Shown here one piece after another: positions 50,214-60,090 of a DNA stretch of 64,000 bases (position 1 is its first letter; the number at the start of each line of letters is the position of its first letter). The stretch is from assembly GCA_041690395.1 (NCBI GenBank), contig JAWLHJ010000003.1:544001-608000 (forward strand), written 5' to 3'. The notes below the pieces were generated by a model, which searched no databases, was not told the DNA's origin, and saw nothing but the letters and a program-made list of their open reading frames with translations. The DNA is from Longimicrobiales bacterium (GTDB taxonomy: Bacteria; Gemmatimonadota; Gemmatimonadetes; Longimicrobiales; Gaopeijiaceae). A program made the translations under genes and the position numbers.

Positions 50214-51062
50214 TCAGCACGCTGCGGGGCGCCGGGACCGCTCGGGCTCGCGACTCCGGCCGAACAGCCCCCCGATGCGACCCCGCACCTCGTCTTCGGC
50301 CCGGTCCCTCATGGCGTCGCCGGCCCGGTCCCGGAGCGCGTCCAGCGTGGCGCCCACGATGCGCGATCCGGGCGCGGCTCGCTGCACGTCCTGGACCGCC
50401 TCGAACGCCTGGTCGTACGCCCCATGATCGAGCAGGCACAAGGCTTCGGAGAACGCCACCATCGTGTCGAGGTCGTCGATGCGATTCTCCTCCTGCCGCT
50501 CGCGCAGCCGGGCCCGCTCGTCCTCCGTGAGCACCAGCTCGAAGCCCTCGACGAGCTGGTCGGCGAGGCTCTGCTGGAGGTCGAAGAGGGCGTCCTGCTG
50601 TCCCGTGACCTGCGCCGTGGTCACGATCTCGGCGGTCTCGACCCGGTCGATGCGTGTATCCAACCGCATCTCCGGGTCGACGGTCACGAACGCGCCCGCG
50701 ACGACGTACTCCGCTCCCATGATCATCCCTACGCTCTGGGCCGACGACGGATCGGCGTAGGCCGACTGTTGCAGATCGAGCTCGGCGAGCAGCTCCTCGA
50801 GACGCTCGCGCTCGACGAGTCGAATGCGCTCGATGACGGAGAGGTCCGAGATCGTCATGCTCGACAGAGCGCGCCCGAGATGGTCGAAGCGGGGATCGCC
50901 CGTGTTGTTGTCGAACCGCAGGACGGCGACGACGCGCCTCTCCTCCGGGGCCTCCTGGAACGCGGCGGCCGAGGCCGGCGCGAGCGCGATGCCGCAGCAG
51001 ACGGTCAGACCCGCGACGAGGCGCGTGACGACAGGGAGGAGCCGACGTGGATGGGCGATCAT
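50214..51062 (-). CDS. Secreted CsgG/TolB-N-like domain protein
   Basis: Signal peptide; VAVLRFDN, LVERERLEELLAE, VG..GAEYVVAG, R..RVETAEI. Confidence 0.78.
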   Translation of the reverse strand: MIAHPRRLLPVVTRLVAGLTVCCGIALAPASAAAFQEAPEERRVVAVLRFDNNTGDPRFDHLGRALSSMTISDLSVIERIRLVERERLEELLAELDLQQSAYADPSSAQSVGMIMGAEYVVAGAFVTVDPEMRLDTRIDRVETAEIVTTAQVTGQQDALFDLQQSLADQLVEGFELVLTEDERARLRERQEENRIDDLDTMVAFSEALCLLDHGAYDQAFEAVQDVQRAAPGSRIVGATLDALRDRAGDAMRDRAEDEVRGRIGGLFGRSREPERSRRPAAC

Positions 51063-51213
51063 GCTCGGACGGGCTGGAGGATCATGCGGCGCCGCCGTCG
51101 GAGCGATGCGCCGAACCGAACGCGAATTTCCGTGGCGGCGCCCGGACCCGCAACCCGTCGACGGGCGGGCTGCCGAAACCGCTCACCGGCCGAGGCGTCG
51201 TCGGGCGGACGGC

Positions 51214-51933
51214 CTACGGGACCGGCACCCTCTCCGGCAGCGTGTCCAGCAGCGCCCGCACGATCCTCGCGGGAAAGGCGCCGTTCTCGCCCACCAGCGC
51301 CTGGCTCACTTCGATCTCGATGCCCAGGTAGCGATCCACCGGAAAGCGGCGCCTGAGTGTCGTCGTGAGGCCGTCCGAGCTCCCACGGTACGGGTGGTTC
51401 CGCCGGACGCGGAAGTCGGGAAGCGCCTCCCGGAGCCGCCTCGTCCATGCCGCAGCCACTACGCGCTCTGAAGCACGGGCCGGGTCGTAGAGGAGTGCGA
51501 GGTCGGCCCGGCGCGCCACGCCCCTGAGCACCGGCGTGAACGAATGGACGCCCAGGTGGAGCACGTCGTGGCCCTCCGCCACCAGCGCCGTCACCGCCGT
51601 CTCGACCCGGTCCCTGTGGGGGGTGTGGTAGCGCGCGAGCAACCGGGCGCGCTCGTCGCGGGGGAGGGTCCGCGTCACCTCCGAGAAGACGGCGGGGTTG
51701 GTCGGGGACCGGTTCAGGTCGACGAGCAGTCTCGTGACGGTCGCCACGTGGCAGGGCGCATCGAGCGCGTTGGACAGGGAGCGCGCGAGCTCCGCGCTGC
51801 CGGGATCCCACCCGCGATGGGACGCGAGCAGAGCCTTCCGGTGGCGGAACAGCGGCCCGTAGGGCGCCGGCACGTCGTTGCCGCCGTGCTCGGCCGAGAT
51901 CAGGGCGCGAAGGGCTCGTTCGCGTCGAGGCAT
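51214..51933 (-). CDS. N-formylglutamate amidohydrolase family protein
   Basis: SAEHGGN, HRGWDPG, RLLVDLNRS, VHSFTP, LLYDP, NHPY.G, IEIEV. Confidence 0.88.
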   Translation of the reverse strand: MPRRERALRALISAEHGGNDVPAPYGPLFRHRKALLASHRGWDPGSAELARSLSNALDAPCHVATVTRLLVDLNRSPTNPAVFSEVTRTLPRDERARLLARYHTPHRDRVETAVTALVAEGHDVLHLGVHSFTPVLRGVARRADLALLYDPARASERVVAAAWTRRLREALPDFRVRRNHPYRGSSDGLTTTLRRRFPVDRYLGIEIEVSQALVGENGAFPARIVRALLDTLPERVPVP

Positions 51934-53222
51934 GCGGACAGATCTCGGTATAGGGCGCGGAGCTCGACGGACGCCCGGCTCCCGCCCGAGCCCGCAAGCG
52001 CGCGCTCGTCGACGGCCTCGACCATGCGGCGCGCAAGCGGCCCGCGGTCCAGCAACGTGCCGAGCGACTCCGACCAGTCGCCCGATCCGTCGGACGGCGG
52101 GAACCGGTCGACGAGCGTCCGCCACGCGTCGCCGGCGGTGAGCGGCTCCGTTCCGAGCTCGAGCACACTCAGGTAGTCCCGATCGTCGATGCGGGCGAGG
52201 TCCGCGTCCACGATGCATCGGCCGAGCAGCTCGGCCAGACGGTCGTGATCCGGATCGAGTGACACGTCACGCTCGGCCAGCGGACCCACCGCCAGGGCCC
52301 GCACGACCTCGGTGACGGCAGCCACCACCGCCAGATCCGCCGCGGGACACTCCTGGGTGTCGATGAGGCGGATCTCGATGGCGCCGCGGTCGAAGCGCGC
52401 GATGGCGCCGCGGGCGTTCACCCACTCGTGGCGTAGCACCCCGTCGGGGTCGAGCGATTCGAGGTCGGCGTAGATGCGCCCGAGGATCTCCCGCTCGTAC
52501 GCCGCACGCGTGAACACCGCCTCGGGCACCACCGCACCCGCCACGGACGGGACTCGCCGCGCGTTGCCACGGTACATGAGGAGCCGCGTATCGAGCGCCG
52601 GCCCGCGCCCGCCGTCCATGAAGGGCGACGACGCCGCCAACGCCGGAATCAGCGGCAGGACCAAACGAATCGCGGCGTGCAGCCGCCCGAACTCCTCGTC
52701 CCCACGGAACGGGAGGTTCACATGCGTACTCTGCAGATTGGCCCATCCGTGGCCGGAGCACCCGAAGATCCGGTCGAAGGTCCGGTAGACGTCGGTGTAC
52801 TCGTGAGGCCAGAGGCGCGTCTCGGTGGCGGGGTCCATCCACGGATGCATACCGCCGGGCAGAAGCCGGGCTCCCTGCTCCGCGAGCGCGGCGTTCGCCT
52901 CCCGCACCCCGGTGTGGAACGCTCCGGCGAGGCCGGCCAGCCGCTCCGCCGGGCCGTTGGTCTTCAGCTCGAGGACGTGGAGTGCGAGCTCGTTCGACCA
53001 CGCGATCGGTCCGCGCTCGATCTCCGATTCGGGAGCGCCCGCCACGGTCTCGATGAGCCGGTCGCAGACGGGGCGCAGATCGAGGGTCTCCCGGTCCGCG
53101 ATCATGTATTCGATCTCGATCCCGAACGCCTCGAACAGCCCCGGTCGGTCCTCCTTGGGGAGCACGGTCGTCGGCTTCCCGCCCTCCTCGCTCATCGTCC
53201 GGTCCCGTCGCTCATCGTCCAT
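51900..53222 (-). CDS. Glutamate-cysteine ligase family 2 (GCS2) protein
   Basis: FGIEIEYMI, NELALHVLELKT, GMHPWMDP, HGWANLQSTHVNLPF, NARGAIARFDRGAIEIR; alternative ATG at 53195. Confidence 0.88.
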   Translation of the reverse strand: MDDERRDRTMSEEGGKPTTVLPKEDRPGLFEAFGIEIEYMIADRETLDLRPVCDRLIETVAGAPESEIERGPIAWSNELALHVLELKTNGPAERLAGLAGAFHTGVREANAALAEQGARLLPGGMHPWMDPATETRLWPHEYTDVYRTFDRIFGCSGHGWANLQSTHVNLPFRGDEEFGRLHAAIRLVLPLIPALAASSPFMDGGRGPALDTRLLMYRGNARRVPSVAGAVVPEAVFTRAAYEREILGRIYADLESLDPDGVLRHEWVNARGAIARFDRGAIEIRLIDTQECPAADLAVVAAVTEVVRALAVGPLAERDVSLDPDHDRLAELLGRCIVDADLARIDDRDYLSVLELGTEPLTAGDAWRTLVDRFPPSDGSGDWSESLGTLLDRGPLARRMVEAVDERALAGSGGSRASVELRALYRDLSACLDANEPFAP

Positions 53223-54687
53223 TCCCCTCGGAGCCGCGACGGTCGAGCCGGACCCTGAACCAACGGGCGATCTCGTCGTAGATGACGTCCTTGAGCACGG
53301 CGTCCTCGTATCCGGCGTCGAGATTCGGGTTGTCGTTGACTTCCATGACCACGACGCGCCCGTCGATCTCCTTCAGGTCGACGCCGTACAGCTCGTCGCC
53401 GAAGAGCGACGCCGCCCGGAGCGCCGTATCGAGCACAGCCTGCGGCACCTCCTCGAAGGGGACGGCTTCCACCTTCCCGTACTTCCGGTCCCGCTCGCCG
53501 CCCTGGACGATCTGCCAGTGTCCTTTCGCCATGTGGTAGCGCGCCGCGAACAGGGGCCGCCGGTCGAGCACCCCGATCCGCCAGTCGAAGTCCGAGGGCG
53601 TGAACTCCTGCGCCACGACGAGCTCGGACTCCTCGAGAAGCGCGTCGAGGCGCTCCTGGACCTCCTCCGGAGTCGTCGCCTTGACCACTCCGATCGAGAA
53701 CGCCCCGTCCGGCTTCTTCAGCACCAGCGGGAGCCCGACCCGCTCGACCAGCTCGTCGCGGTTCCCCTCGTGCACGACGAAGGTGCGGGGCGAGGGGATG
53801 CCGTTGCGGACGAAGAGCTCGGCCTGGTAGACCTTGTTGGTCGCGCGCACGATGGCTTCCGGCTGGTCCATGACCACGAGACCCTCCGCGACCGCCCTGG
53901 TCGCGAAGCGATATGTGTGATGGTCGACGCGGGTGGTCTCGCGCAGGAAGAGCGCGTCGAACTCGGCGAGCCGGCCGTAGTCCTCGGGCTCGATGATGCT
54001 GCAGTCGATACCCTGGCGGGCCGCGGCCCGCACGAAGCGCTTTATGGCCCGCTCGTCCGATGGAGCGCTGGGGTCGTCCTCGGACCAGAGGATCGCCAGG
54101 TCGTACTGGAACGCCCGGGTGCGGCGGGGCGGTCCCTCCGGTCGCGCGAAGAACTCGTTCGCTCGCTTCAGCACGAAGTCACGGTGCTTGTCCGGGATCT
54201 CCGACGCGGCTCCCAGGCGCAGGTTCCCCAGGCGCCACCATCCCTCTACGCGCTGGAACTTCGCGAAGAGGAACGGCGCGGGGAATTGGTTGAAGATGGC
54301 CCTGCACAGCTTGTCGTAGCGGGTCGCCACGTTCCGCCCGAAATAGATGCTCAGGCGGAACTCGTCGGCACGGAGCCGTCCGAGCACCTGCTGCATCTCG
54401 CGCTCCAGATCCTCGTCTTCCGAGGCGATGCGGATGAGCGGGGACTGGGTGAGCGCCTGGACGGTCGACACGGACGGGAGGGGCCTGTGCCCCCGGGCGG
54501 CGGCCAACAGCGACACGTAATACCCGACCGACTGGTATCCCAGGCGACGGCACAGATTGTACACGGCGGCCCGGCGCATGGCGGCGAACCGCGGCTCGAC
54601 CAGGTACTGGCGCGCGGCCACCACCTCGGCGCCGTCGACGTCGAACGGCCAGCGCTTCGGGTTCTCGACGACGATCAGCGACTTCAC
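53212..54687 (-). CDS. RimK-family ATP-grasp ligase with RLAN N-terminal domain
   Basis: NLCR..YQSVGYYVSLLAAARGH, DALFLRETT, NKVY, KKPDGAFS.GV, QEF..FDWRIGVL, YGVDLK, EVNDNPN. Confidence 0.9.
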   Translation of the reverse strand: MKSLIVVENPKRWPFDVDGAEVVAARQYLVEPRFAAMRRAAVYNLCRRLGYQSVGYYVSLLAAARGHRPLPSVSTVQALTQSPLIRIASEDEDLEREMQQVLGRLRADEFRLSIYFGRNVATRYDKLCRAIFNQFPAPFLFAKFQRVEGWWRLGNLRLGAASEIPDKHRDFVLKRANEFFARPEGPPRRTRAFQYDLAILWSEDDPSAPSDERAIKRFVRAAARQGIDCSIIEPEDYGRLAEFDALFLRETTRVDHHTYRFATRAVAEGLVVMDQPEAIVRATNKVYQAELFVRNGIPSPRTFVVHEGNRDELVERVGLPLVLKKPDGAFSIGVVKATTPEEVQERLDALLEESELVVAQEFTPSDFDWRIGVLDRRPLFAARYHMAKGHWQIVQGGERDRKYGKVEAVPFEEVPQAVLDTALRAASLFGDELYGVDLKEIDGRVVVMEVNDNPNLDAGYEDAVLKDVIYDEIARWFRVRLDRRGSEGNGR

Positions 54688-55421
54688 TCGTACTCCAGCG
54701 CGTCGTCTTCCCGGGGTTGCACCACCAGGAGGTTCGCGTCGTACGTGAGCACGCCGAGCATGATCGCCCCGAGCAGCCGCATGAGCCCGACCCTGTAGCT
54801 TGGGCTCTGAAAGCGTGGATTGTCGTGCAGCGGGTCGGCGACCAGCACGGAGTCCGAGACCGGGTCGTAGCCGTGCAGGACCACGAAGTGGCCGGTCGCG
54901 CTACCCCGGACCGAGTCGTATCGGGAGCGACCCTCGCTGAACACCTCGCGGGCGCAGTCGTACAGGTACGTGGCCGAGAGGCCGGTCATGATCGGGAGCC
55001 CGTCCATGAGATGCTCACGGATCAGGTCGGGGCCGAGCTCTTCGAAGCGGACGCGCCCGCCGCCGAGGAGGAAGTCCACGTACGCCCGGGTCGCCGCGCG
55101 CAGCGTGGGATCGGTCTTCACCTCGGCCTGCTCGCGCAGCCGCTCCACGAGCCGAGGCGGATCGTCCTCGAACCAGGTCGGATCGAAAAGGCCCAGGTTG
55201 TACGTGTAGAGCGTAGCCCGGTATCCGCGCTCGAGCGCATGGAGCCCGAGATAGGCCCCCAGCGTCCCGCCGGTCGCGAGCGGGGTGACCTCGGAGATGA
55301 CTCGGTCGAGCGGGACCGAGTCCCCGTGGAATCCGTAGACCGCGTGGAGGCATGTTGGCCCACACGTCTCGTCGTCCGGCTGCCGGAGGATCTCGAGTCT
55401 GAGTTCGGTATGCGGGGTCAT
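54684..55421 (-). CDS. Peptidase C39-like protein
   Basis: QPDDETCGPTCL (Gln/Cys), GHFVVL.GYD (His), VADP (Asp). Confidence 0.85.
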   Translation of the reverse strand: MTPHTELRLEILRQPDDETCGPTCLHAVYGFHGDSVPLDRVISEVTPLATGGTLGAYLGLHALERGYRATLYTYNLGLFDPTWFEDDPPRLVERLREQAEVKTDPTLRAATRAYVDFLLGGGRVRFEELGPDLIREHLMDGLPIMTGLSATYLYDCAREVFSEGRSRYDSVRGSATGHFVVLHGYDPVSDSVLVADPLHDNPRFQSPSYRVGLMRLLGAIMLGVLTYDANLLVVQPREDDALEYE

Positions 55422-55475
55422 GTAGGCGAAAGATACCGAAGCGCCCCACGCCGAGGGAGACGTTACTTTGCCGGC

Positions 55476-56129
55476 ATGAGACCCGAACGATTCCAGCGTA
55501 TACGCGACGTGCTGCTTCGGCGGCAGCCCGACCTGACGGTCCTCATGGACCGGGTGAACAAGTCGCACAACTTCTCCGCGATCCTCCGGAACTGCGACGC
55601 GGCCGGAGTTCTCGACGTGCACGTCGTACCGCCCGAGCACGGGTTGGACCTCCATCACGCCACCTCGGCGGGAACCAAGAAGTGGGTGGGCGTGCATCCC
55701 CACACCGACATCGGCTCGGCGGTGTCACATCTGCGGGACCGGGGATTCCACCTGGTCGCCGCCCACCCCACCGCCGACGCCGTCGACTTCCGTGACTACG
55801 ACTTCACCCGGCCGACCGCCCTCGTCATGGGCGCCGAGCTGCACGGGGTCTCGGACGAGGCGCTCGCCGCGGCCGGCACCCACGTGGTGATCCCCATGTT
55901 GGGCATGGTCCATTCGCTCAACGTCTCGGTGGCGACCGCCCTGCTTCTGTACGAAGCGATGCGCCAGCGGGAGGCAGCCGGTATGTACGCGGAGAGTCGG
56001 CTCTCCCCGGAAGCGCTTCGTGCCCGGCTGTTCGAATGGGCCTACCCCTCCGTCGCTCGCCGTCTCGAGGCCGAAGGACGCCCCTACCCCGACCTCGACG
56101 CGAACGGGCAGCCTCTCCCCACGGACTGA
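55476..56129 (+). CDS. trmH: tRNA (guanosine18-2'-O)-methyltransferase
   Basis: RRQPDLTV, KSHNFSAILRNCDAAG, MGAELHG, IPMLGMVHSLNVSVA, YEAMRQR. Confidence 0.95.
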   Translation: MRPERFQRIRDVLLRRQPDLTVLMDRVNKSHNFSAILRNCDAAGVLDVHVVPPEHGLDLHHATSAGTKKWVGVHPHTDIGSAVSHLRDRGFHLVAAHPTADAVDFRDYDFTRPTALVMGAELHGVSDEALAAAGTHVVIPMLGMVHSLNVSVATALLLYEAMRQREAAGMYAESRLSPEALRARLFEWAYPSVARRLEAEGRPYPDLDANGQPLPTD

Positions 56130-56236
56130 GGCCGACGCCGGCCCTCGAAGTCGAGCGTCCGCCCCCAGGACATCTGGCCCGGGGGCGCTGTGTGCACGTT
56201 TGCGGCCTCACGTGTATTTGCCGCGAACCCGAATAT

Positions 56237-56328
56237 CGTTCACGATGCCCAAGTTGAACGCTTCAGAGGGCAGCGCGACGATACGCACGGCACACCATCC
56301 GTTCACCAGAGGTATATGGAACGCTTCA
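56237..56328. promoter_or_regulatory. Duplicated operator-like motif at the CarH-like gene
   Basis: CGTTCAC-N12-GAACGCTTCA at 56237-56265 and 56300-56328 (63-bp spacing); each contains a CGTTC...GAACG inverted repeat. Confidence 0.6.
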
Positions 56329-57263
56329 AGACGAAGGCGGCCCTGACGAGCTCCGAGACGGCCGAGCTCCTGAGCGTCCATCCGTCCACGGTGAAACGGT
56401 GGTGCAACGACGGGCAGCTGGCGTTCGCCACCACGGCGGGTGGGCACCGGCGGATCCGCCTCGACGACGCCGTCGCGTTCTCGAAGAGACAGGGCATCCG
56501 GACCGTGCTCACCCCGTTCGCGCCCTTCGAGCCCCACGCATGGTCCGCGCTGAGCGCGGCGCGGCAGGACGGCTCGTTCCGGCCGCTGCACACGCTCGCT
56601 CTCGGGTGGGCCCTCCGCGGCGACGTCCGGCGGGTCGAACAGCTCTATACGGCCCTCGGACGCTCGGAGGACATCGGGTTCTGCTCTTTCTGTGACGAGG
56701 CGATCCGCGGCCTCATGGACCGTGTCGGCCAGGCCTGGGTCGACGGGCGCCTGCGCGTCGGAGACGAGCACGTCATCAGCCAGATGATGATCGACGTGTT
56801 GCTACGCCTGCGTCAGGAGCGGCTCGACGACGCGTACGACCCCTACGCCAACGGCACCGCGCGCGTGGCGGTCGTCGGGACGCTCGAGGGGAACCAGCAT
56901 CATCTCGGAGCTCTGTGCGTGCGTCTCCTGCTGGAGCGGCTCGGATGGAGGGTGCACTACCTGGGTCCCGACGTCCCCGCTGACGACTTCGGGATGATCC
57001 AGAAGGGGCGAGGAGCCGATATCGTGTGCATCTCGCTCGGACCGGGTCATTCGGTCGGCGACGTCGGACGAACGGTCACGCTGCTCGGGTCGCTTTACGA
57101 CCGCTCCAGGCCCTATCGGCTGGTGTTCGGAGGCGACCCCACCGGCACGCCCCGGGCCGGCTACCTCGAGGGCCCCTTCCAGTCGGTGGACATCTTCGAT
57201 TCCTGCGCGGAGCTGCAGGCCAGGATCCACGTCACCCCCAGCAAGCCCGAGGAGGCCCGATGA
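56316..57263 (+). CDS. Cobalamin-dependent transcriptional regulator (CarH/LitR-like)
   Basis: MerR/excisionase-type HTH (TVKRW..G..T.GGHRR), W-x9-EH (WVDGRLRVGDEH), B12-binding NQHHLG..LG..V.YLG.DVP; heads crt genes. Confidence 0.85.
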   Translation: MERFKTKAALTSSETAELLSVHPSTVKRWCNDGQLAFATTAGGHRRIRLDDAVAFSKRQGIRTVLTPFAPFEPHAWSALSAARQDGSFRPLHTLALGWALRGDVRRVEQLYTALGRSEDIGFCSFCDEAIRGLMDRVGQAWVDGRLRVGDEHVISQMMIDVLLRLRQERLDDAYDPYANGTARVAVVGTLEGNQHHLGALCVRLLLERLGWRVHYLGPDVPADDFGMIQKGRGADIVCISLGPGHSVGDVGRTVTLLGSLYDRSRPYRLVFGGDPTGTPRAGYLEGPFQSVDIFDSCAELQARIHVTPSKPEEAR

Positions 57264-58105
57264 AGCCCGAAGCGGCCCCCACCCATCGCACGGAAGCGGC
57301 CGGCCTCGTCTTCCTCTTCACGTTCACGCTCCTGGCCGTCATCGGGTACGGCGTCTTCGGGCTCAACCCCGGGCGCCTACCGTCCGACGGCCTCTCGCGT
57401 CGTCTCTACAACGTGTCGTTTCAGTTCTTCGCCCAGGCGCAGATCCTGATCGCGCTGGCGGTGCTTCTCATCCCCCTTGCCCGCCGATGTGGATGGCGGA
57501 TTCTCGGGCCGTTCGCCGCGGTGTACGTCCTGAGCTTCCTGTCCGAGCACATCGGAACGGGCTACGGCATCCCGTTCGGCGGATACGAATACACGGGGCT
57601 GTTGGGCGCCCGCGTCGGTCCCCGGGTCCCCGCGCTCATCCCGGTGAGCTGGTTCCTGATGGCCGTGCCCTCGTGGGTCATGGCCCGAGCCGCGCTGGGC
57701 GTGGAGTCGAGCCGGTCGTCCCGCGTACTCGCGGGCGCCACCTGGCTCGTGGCATGGGACCTGGCCCTCGATCCGGCCATGAGCGCGCTCACCCCGTACT
57801 GGAGATGGGAGGACACCGGGCCCTACTACGGAATGCCCTGGCTCAATCTGGCGGGCTGGTATCTGACGGGCGTCGTGCTGCTCGGCGTGCTCGACGGTCT
57901 GGCCGACTGGGCTCGCTTGCACGCGCTTTCCACCCGTTGGATGGCGGGCTTCTACGGTGCGATGGTGCTCATGCCCGTGGGAATGCTCGCCGCCGCCGGA
58001 GCCTGGCTCGCGGTCGTGGTGACGATCGTGGCGCTCGCCATGCTCGCGTCCATGTCGATGGTCCGGCCGGGCGCCGCGCCCGTGCCGGATTCGGTGGTCG
58101 CATGA
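57260..58105 (+). CDS. cruF: Carotenoid 1,2-hydratase (CruF family)
   Basis: SEHIGT.YGIPFGGYEY, VP..IP.SW, WDLALDPAM, YYGMPWLN..GW; ATGA overlap. Confidence 0.85.
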   Translation: MKPEAAPTHRTEAAGLVFLFTFTLLAVIGYGVFGLNPGRLPSDGLSRRLYNVSFQFFAQAQILIALAVLLIPLARRCGWRILGPFAAVYVLSFLSEHIGTGYGIPFGGYEYTGLLGARVGPRVPALIPVSWFLMAVPSWVMARAALGVESSRSSRVLAGATWLVAWDLALDPAMSALTPYWRWEDTGPYYGMPWLNLAGWYLTGVVLLGVLDGLADWARLHALSTRWMAGFYGAMVLMPVGMLAAAGAWLAVVVTIVALAMLASMSMVRPGAAPVPDSVVA

Positions 58106-60090
58106 GCATGGCACATGGTGTGACGTGGCACGACGTACGGCCGCGAGCGGACACTGACGGCCTTCTCGCCGCCCGGACCGCGGTCGAAGTGGGGCTGGAG
58201 TCGGCCCGGGGCCTTCTTCGGGACCAGGGAGTGACCGTACCGGAGCTCGACGGAAAGCTCCTCCGCCCTCTCGTCGCCTATGCGCTGCTCGGCCCGTCCG
58301 GACGGGCCCGTCCGGACGCCGGCTTCTGGCGCGGAGCCCGCGCCAGCCAGATGGTCCACGAGGCGTCCCTGCTCCACGACGACATCGTCGACGGAGCGCC
58401 GCGAAGGAGGGGTGAGGCGACAACGGCCTCGTCCCGAGGCGTCGGGACGGCCCTCGTGCTCGGCGACCTCTACCTGACCGGAGCCTACCGGGCCGCCGCA
58501 CAGGCTGGGAGGCCGGCGTTCCTCGAAGCCTTCATCGACGCGGTGGAGCGTACGGTACACGGCGAGGCCGAACAGGGGCGCTCGGTCGGCCGCCGCCTGT
58601 CTCCGGGTGACTACGACCGGATCGTCCGAGGGAAGGCCGGCGCGCTCTTCGGAGCCGCCGCGGTGCTGGCCGCCGCCCCCGACGACGCGCGCCGGGATGG
58701 CACCCTCCGGGCCCGGATCGACCTGGGCGAGCGGCTGGGGGCCAGCTACCAGCGTATCGACGACCTGCTGGACTACTGCACCGCCTTCGACACCGGAAAG
58801 CCGCCCCTCCAGGACTACCGCCAGCGCAAGTGGACCTGGGTGCTCGACCTCGTCGACGACGTCGAGGGCTTCGACAAGGAGGCCGACGAGGTCGTGCGCC
58901 GGGTCTTCGAGCCCGGCCCTGACGGCCGGATTCCGGCCCGCACCGCGCTCGCGGTGCTCGAGGTCGAGCGGGCCGCGCTGCTCCAGCAGGTCGAGCGCTT
59001 AGCGGCAGGCGACCGTGTCGTCGGCGCCATCGTCGATGGATGGCTGGAGCGGGCGGTCGACGCGGTGGCGCGACAGGCCGCTGACCGTGCCGACGGTCGG
59101 GTCGAGCCGGCCGCCCGGCGTGCGTCCCCACCCCCCGTGTTCACCGGCTCCCCGGAGGACGAGGTACGCTCGCAGGCCCTCGCGCTCGGAGGACCCGAGA
59201 GGTGGTCCGAGTACTTCGGCCGACACGCGAAGACCTTCCGACTCGCTTCCCGCCTCTTTCCCGCCGACGCGGCCGGCGTGATCGCCGGCGTGTATGCGTT
59301 CTGCCGCTTCACCGACGACCTGGTGGACGACCCCGTCGACGGCGCCGGCCCCGAGCGTGTCCGTGAGCGTCTCACCGCCTGGCGCATGCTCACTGAGCAG
59401 GCGTGGGAGGGCCACGCGACGGGGATCCCCGTGCTCGACGAGGTGATCGGTGGGGCGGCAGCCCGAGGTGTCTCCGCGCACTATCCGATGGCCCTGCTCG
59501 ACGGGGTGGAGATGGACCTCGACCGGACGAGCTACGAGCGCTGGCACGACCTCGAGCGATACACATTCTGCGTCGCCGGGGCCGTCGGCGGCTGGCTCAC
59601 CGAGGGCTTCGGCTTCCGGGACCCTACGCTCCTGCACTGCGCCCACTCGCTCGGTCACGCGATGCAGATCACCAACATCGCGCGCGACGTCGGCGAGGAC
59701 CTGGCGCGTGGACGGGTCTACTTGCCACTGGAGCTCCTGGCCGCGCACGACCTCGACCCTGTGGACCTCGGTATGCTGCCCGGGCTCGAAGGCCGGATGC
59801 CCGGCGCGTGGGTACGCGTGGTCGAGGCGCTGCTCTCCAGGGCCGACGCGCATTACGCCCGGGCGTGGCCGGGCATTCGGGCCCTCCCCGGATGGTATCG
59901 ACGGCCGGTGGCCGCGGCGGCGACCGCGTACCGCGGTATCCACGACGAGATCCGGGGCAACGGTTACGACAACCTGACGCGCCGGGCCCATACGTCACGG
60001 CCACGCAAGCTCTGGCTCGCCTTCGTAGGAGTGGCCGGAGCGCTCCGGGCGTCCGGTCTCCCCACTCGTCCCGAGAGGGCCTCACCATGA
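58102..60090 (+). CDS. Fused polyprenyl (GGPP) synthase / phytoene synthase (CrtE-CrtB)
   Basis: N-half GKLLRP, LLHDDIVD, YQRIDDLLD; C-half KTF..AS, YAFCRFTDDLVD, YTFCVAGAVG, QITNIARDVGEDLARGRVYLP; one open frame. Confidence 0.88.
   Translation: MSMAHGVTWHDVRPRADTDGLLAARTAVEVGLESARGLLRDQGVTVPELDGKLLRPLVAYALLGPSGRARPDAGFWRGARASQMVHEASLLHDDIVDGAPRRRGEATTASSRGVGTALVLGDLYLTGAYRAAAQAGRPAFLEAFIDAVERTVHGEAEQGRSVGRRLSPGDYDRIVRGKAGALFGAAAVLAAAPDDARRDGTLRARIDLGERLGASYQRIDDLLDYCTAFDTGKPPLQDYRQRKWTWVLDLVDDVEGFDKEADEVVRRVFEPGPDGRIPARTALAVLEVERAALLQQVERLAAGDRVVGAIVDGWLERAVDAVARQAADRADGRVEPAARRASPPPVFTGSPEDEVRSQALALGGPERWSEYFGRHAKTFRLASRLFPADAAGVIAGVYAFCRFTDDLVDDPVDGAGPERVRERLTAWRMLTEQAWEGHATGIPVLDEVIGGAAARGVSAHYPMALLDGVEMDLDRTSYERWHDLERYTFCVAGAVGGWLTEGFGFRDPTLLHCAHSLGHAMQITNIARDVGEDLARGRVYLPLELLAAHDLDPVDLGMLPGLEGRMPGAWVRVVEALLSRADAHYARAWPGIRALPGWYRRPVAAAATAYRGIHDEIRGNGYDNLTRRAHTSRPRKLWLAFVGVAGALRASGLPTRPERASP

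Noticed and set aside
56130..56315. Cobalamin riboswitch upstream of the B12-binding regulator
   Set aside because: No B12-box or conserved GGGAA core seen; region is better explained by operator repeats
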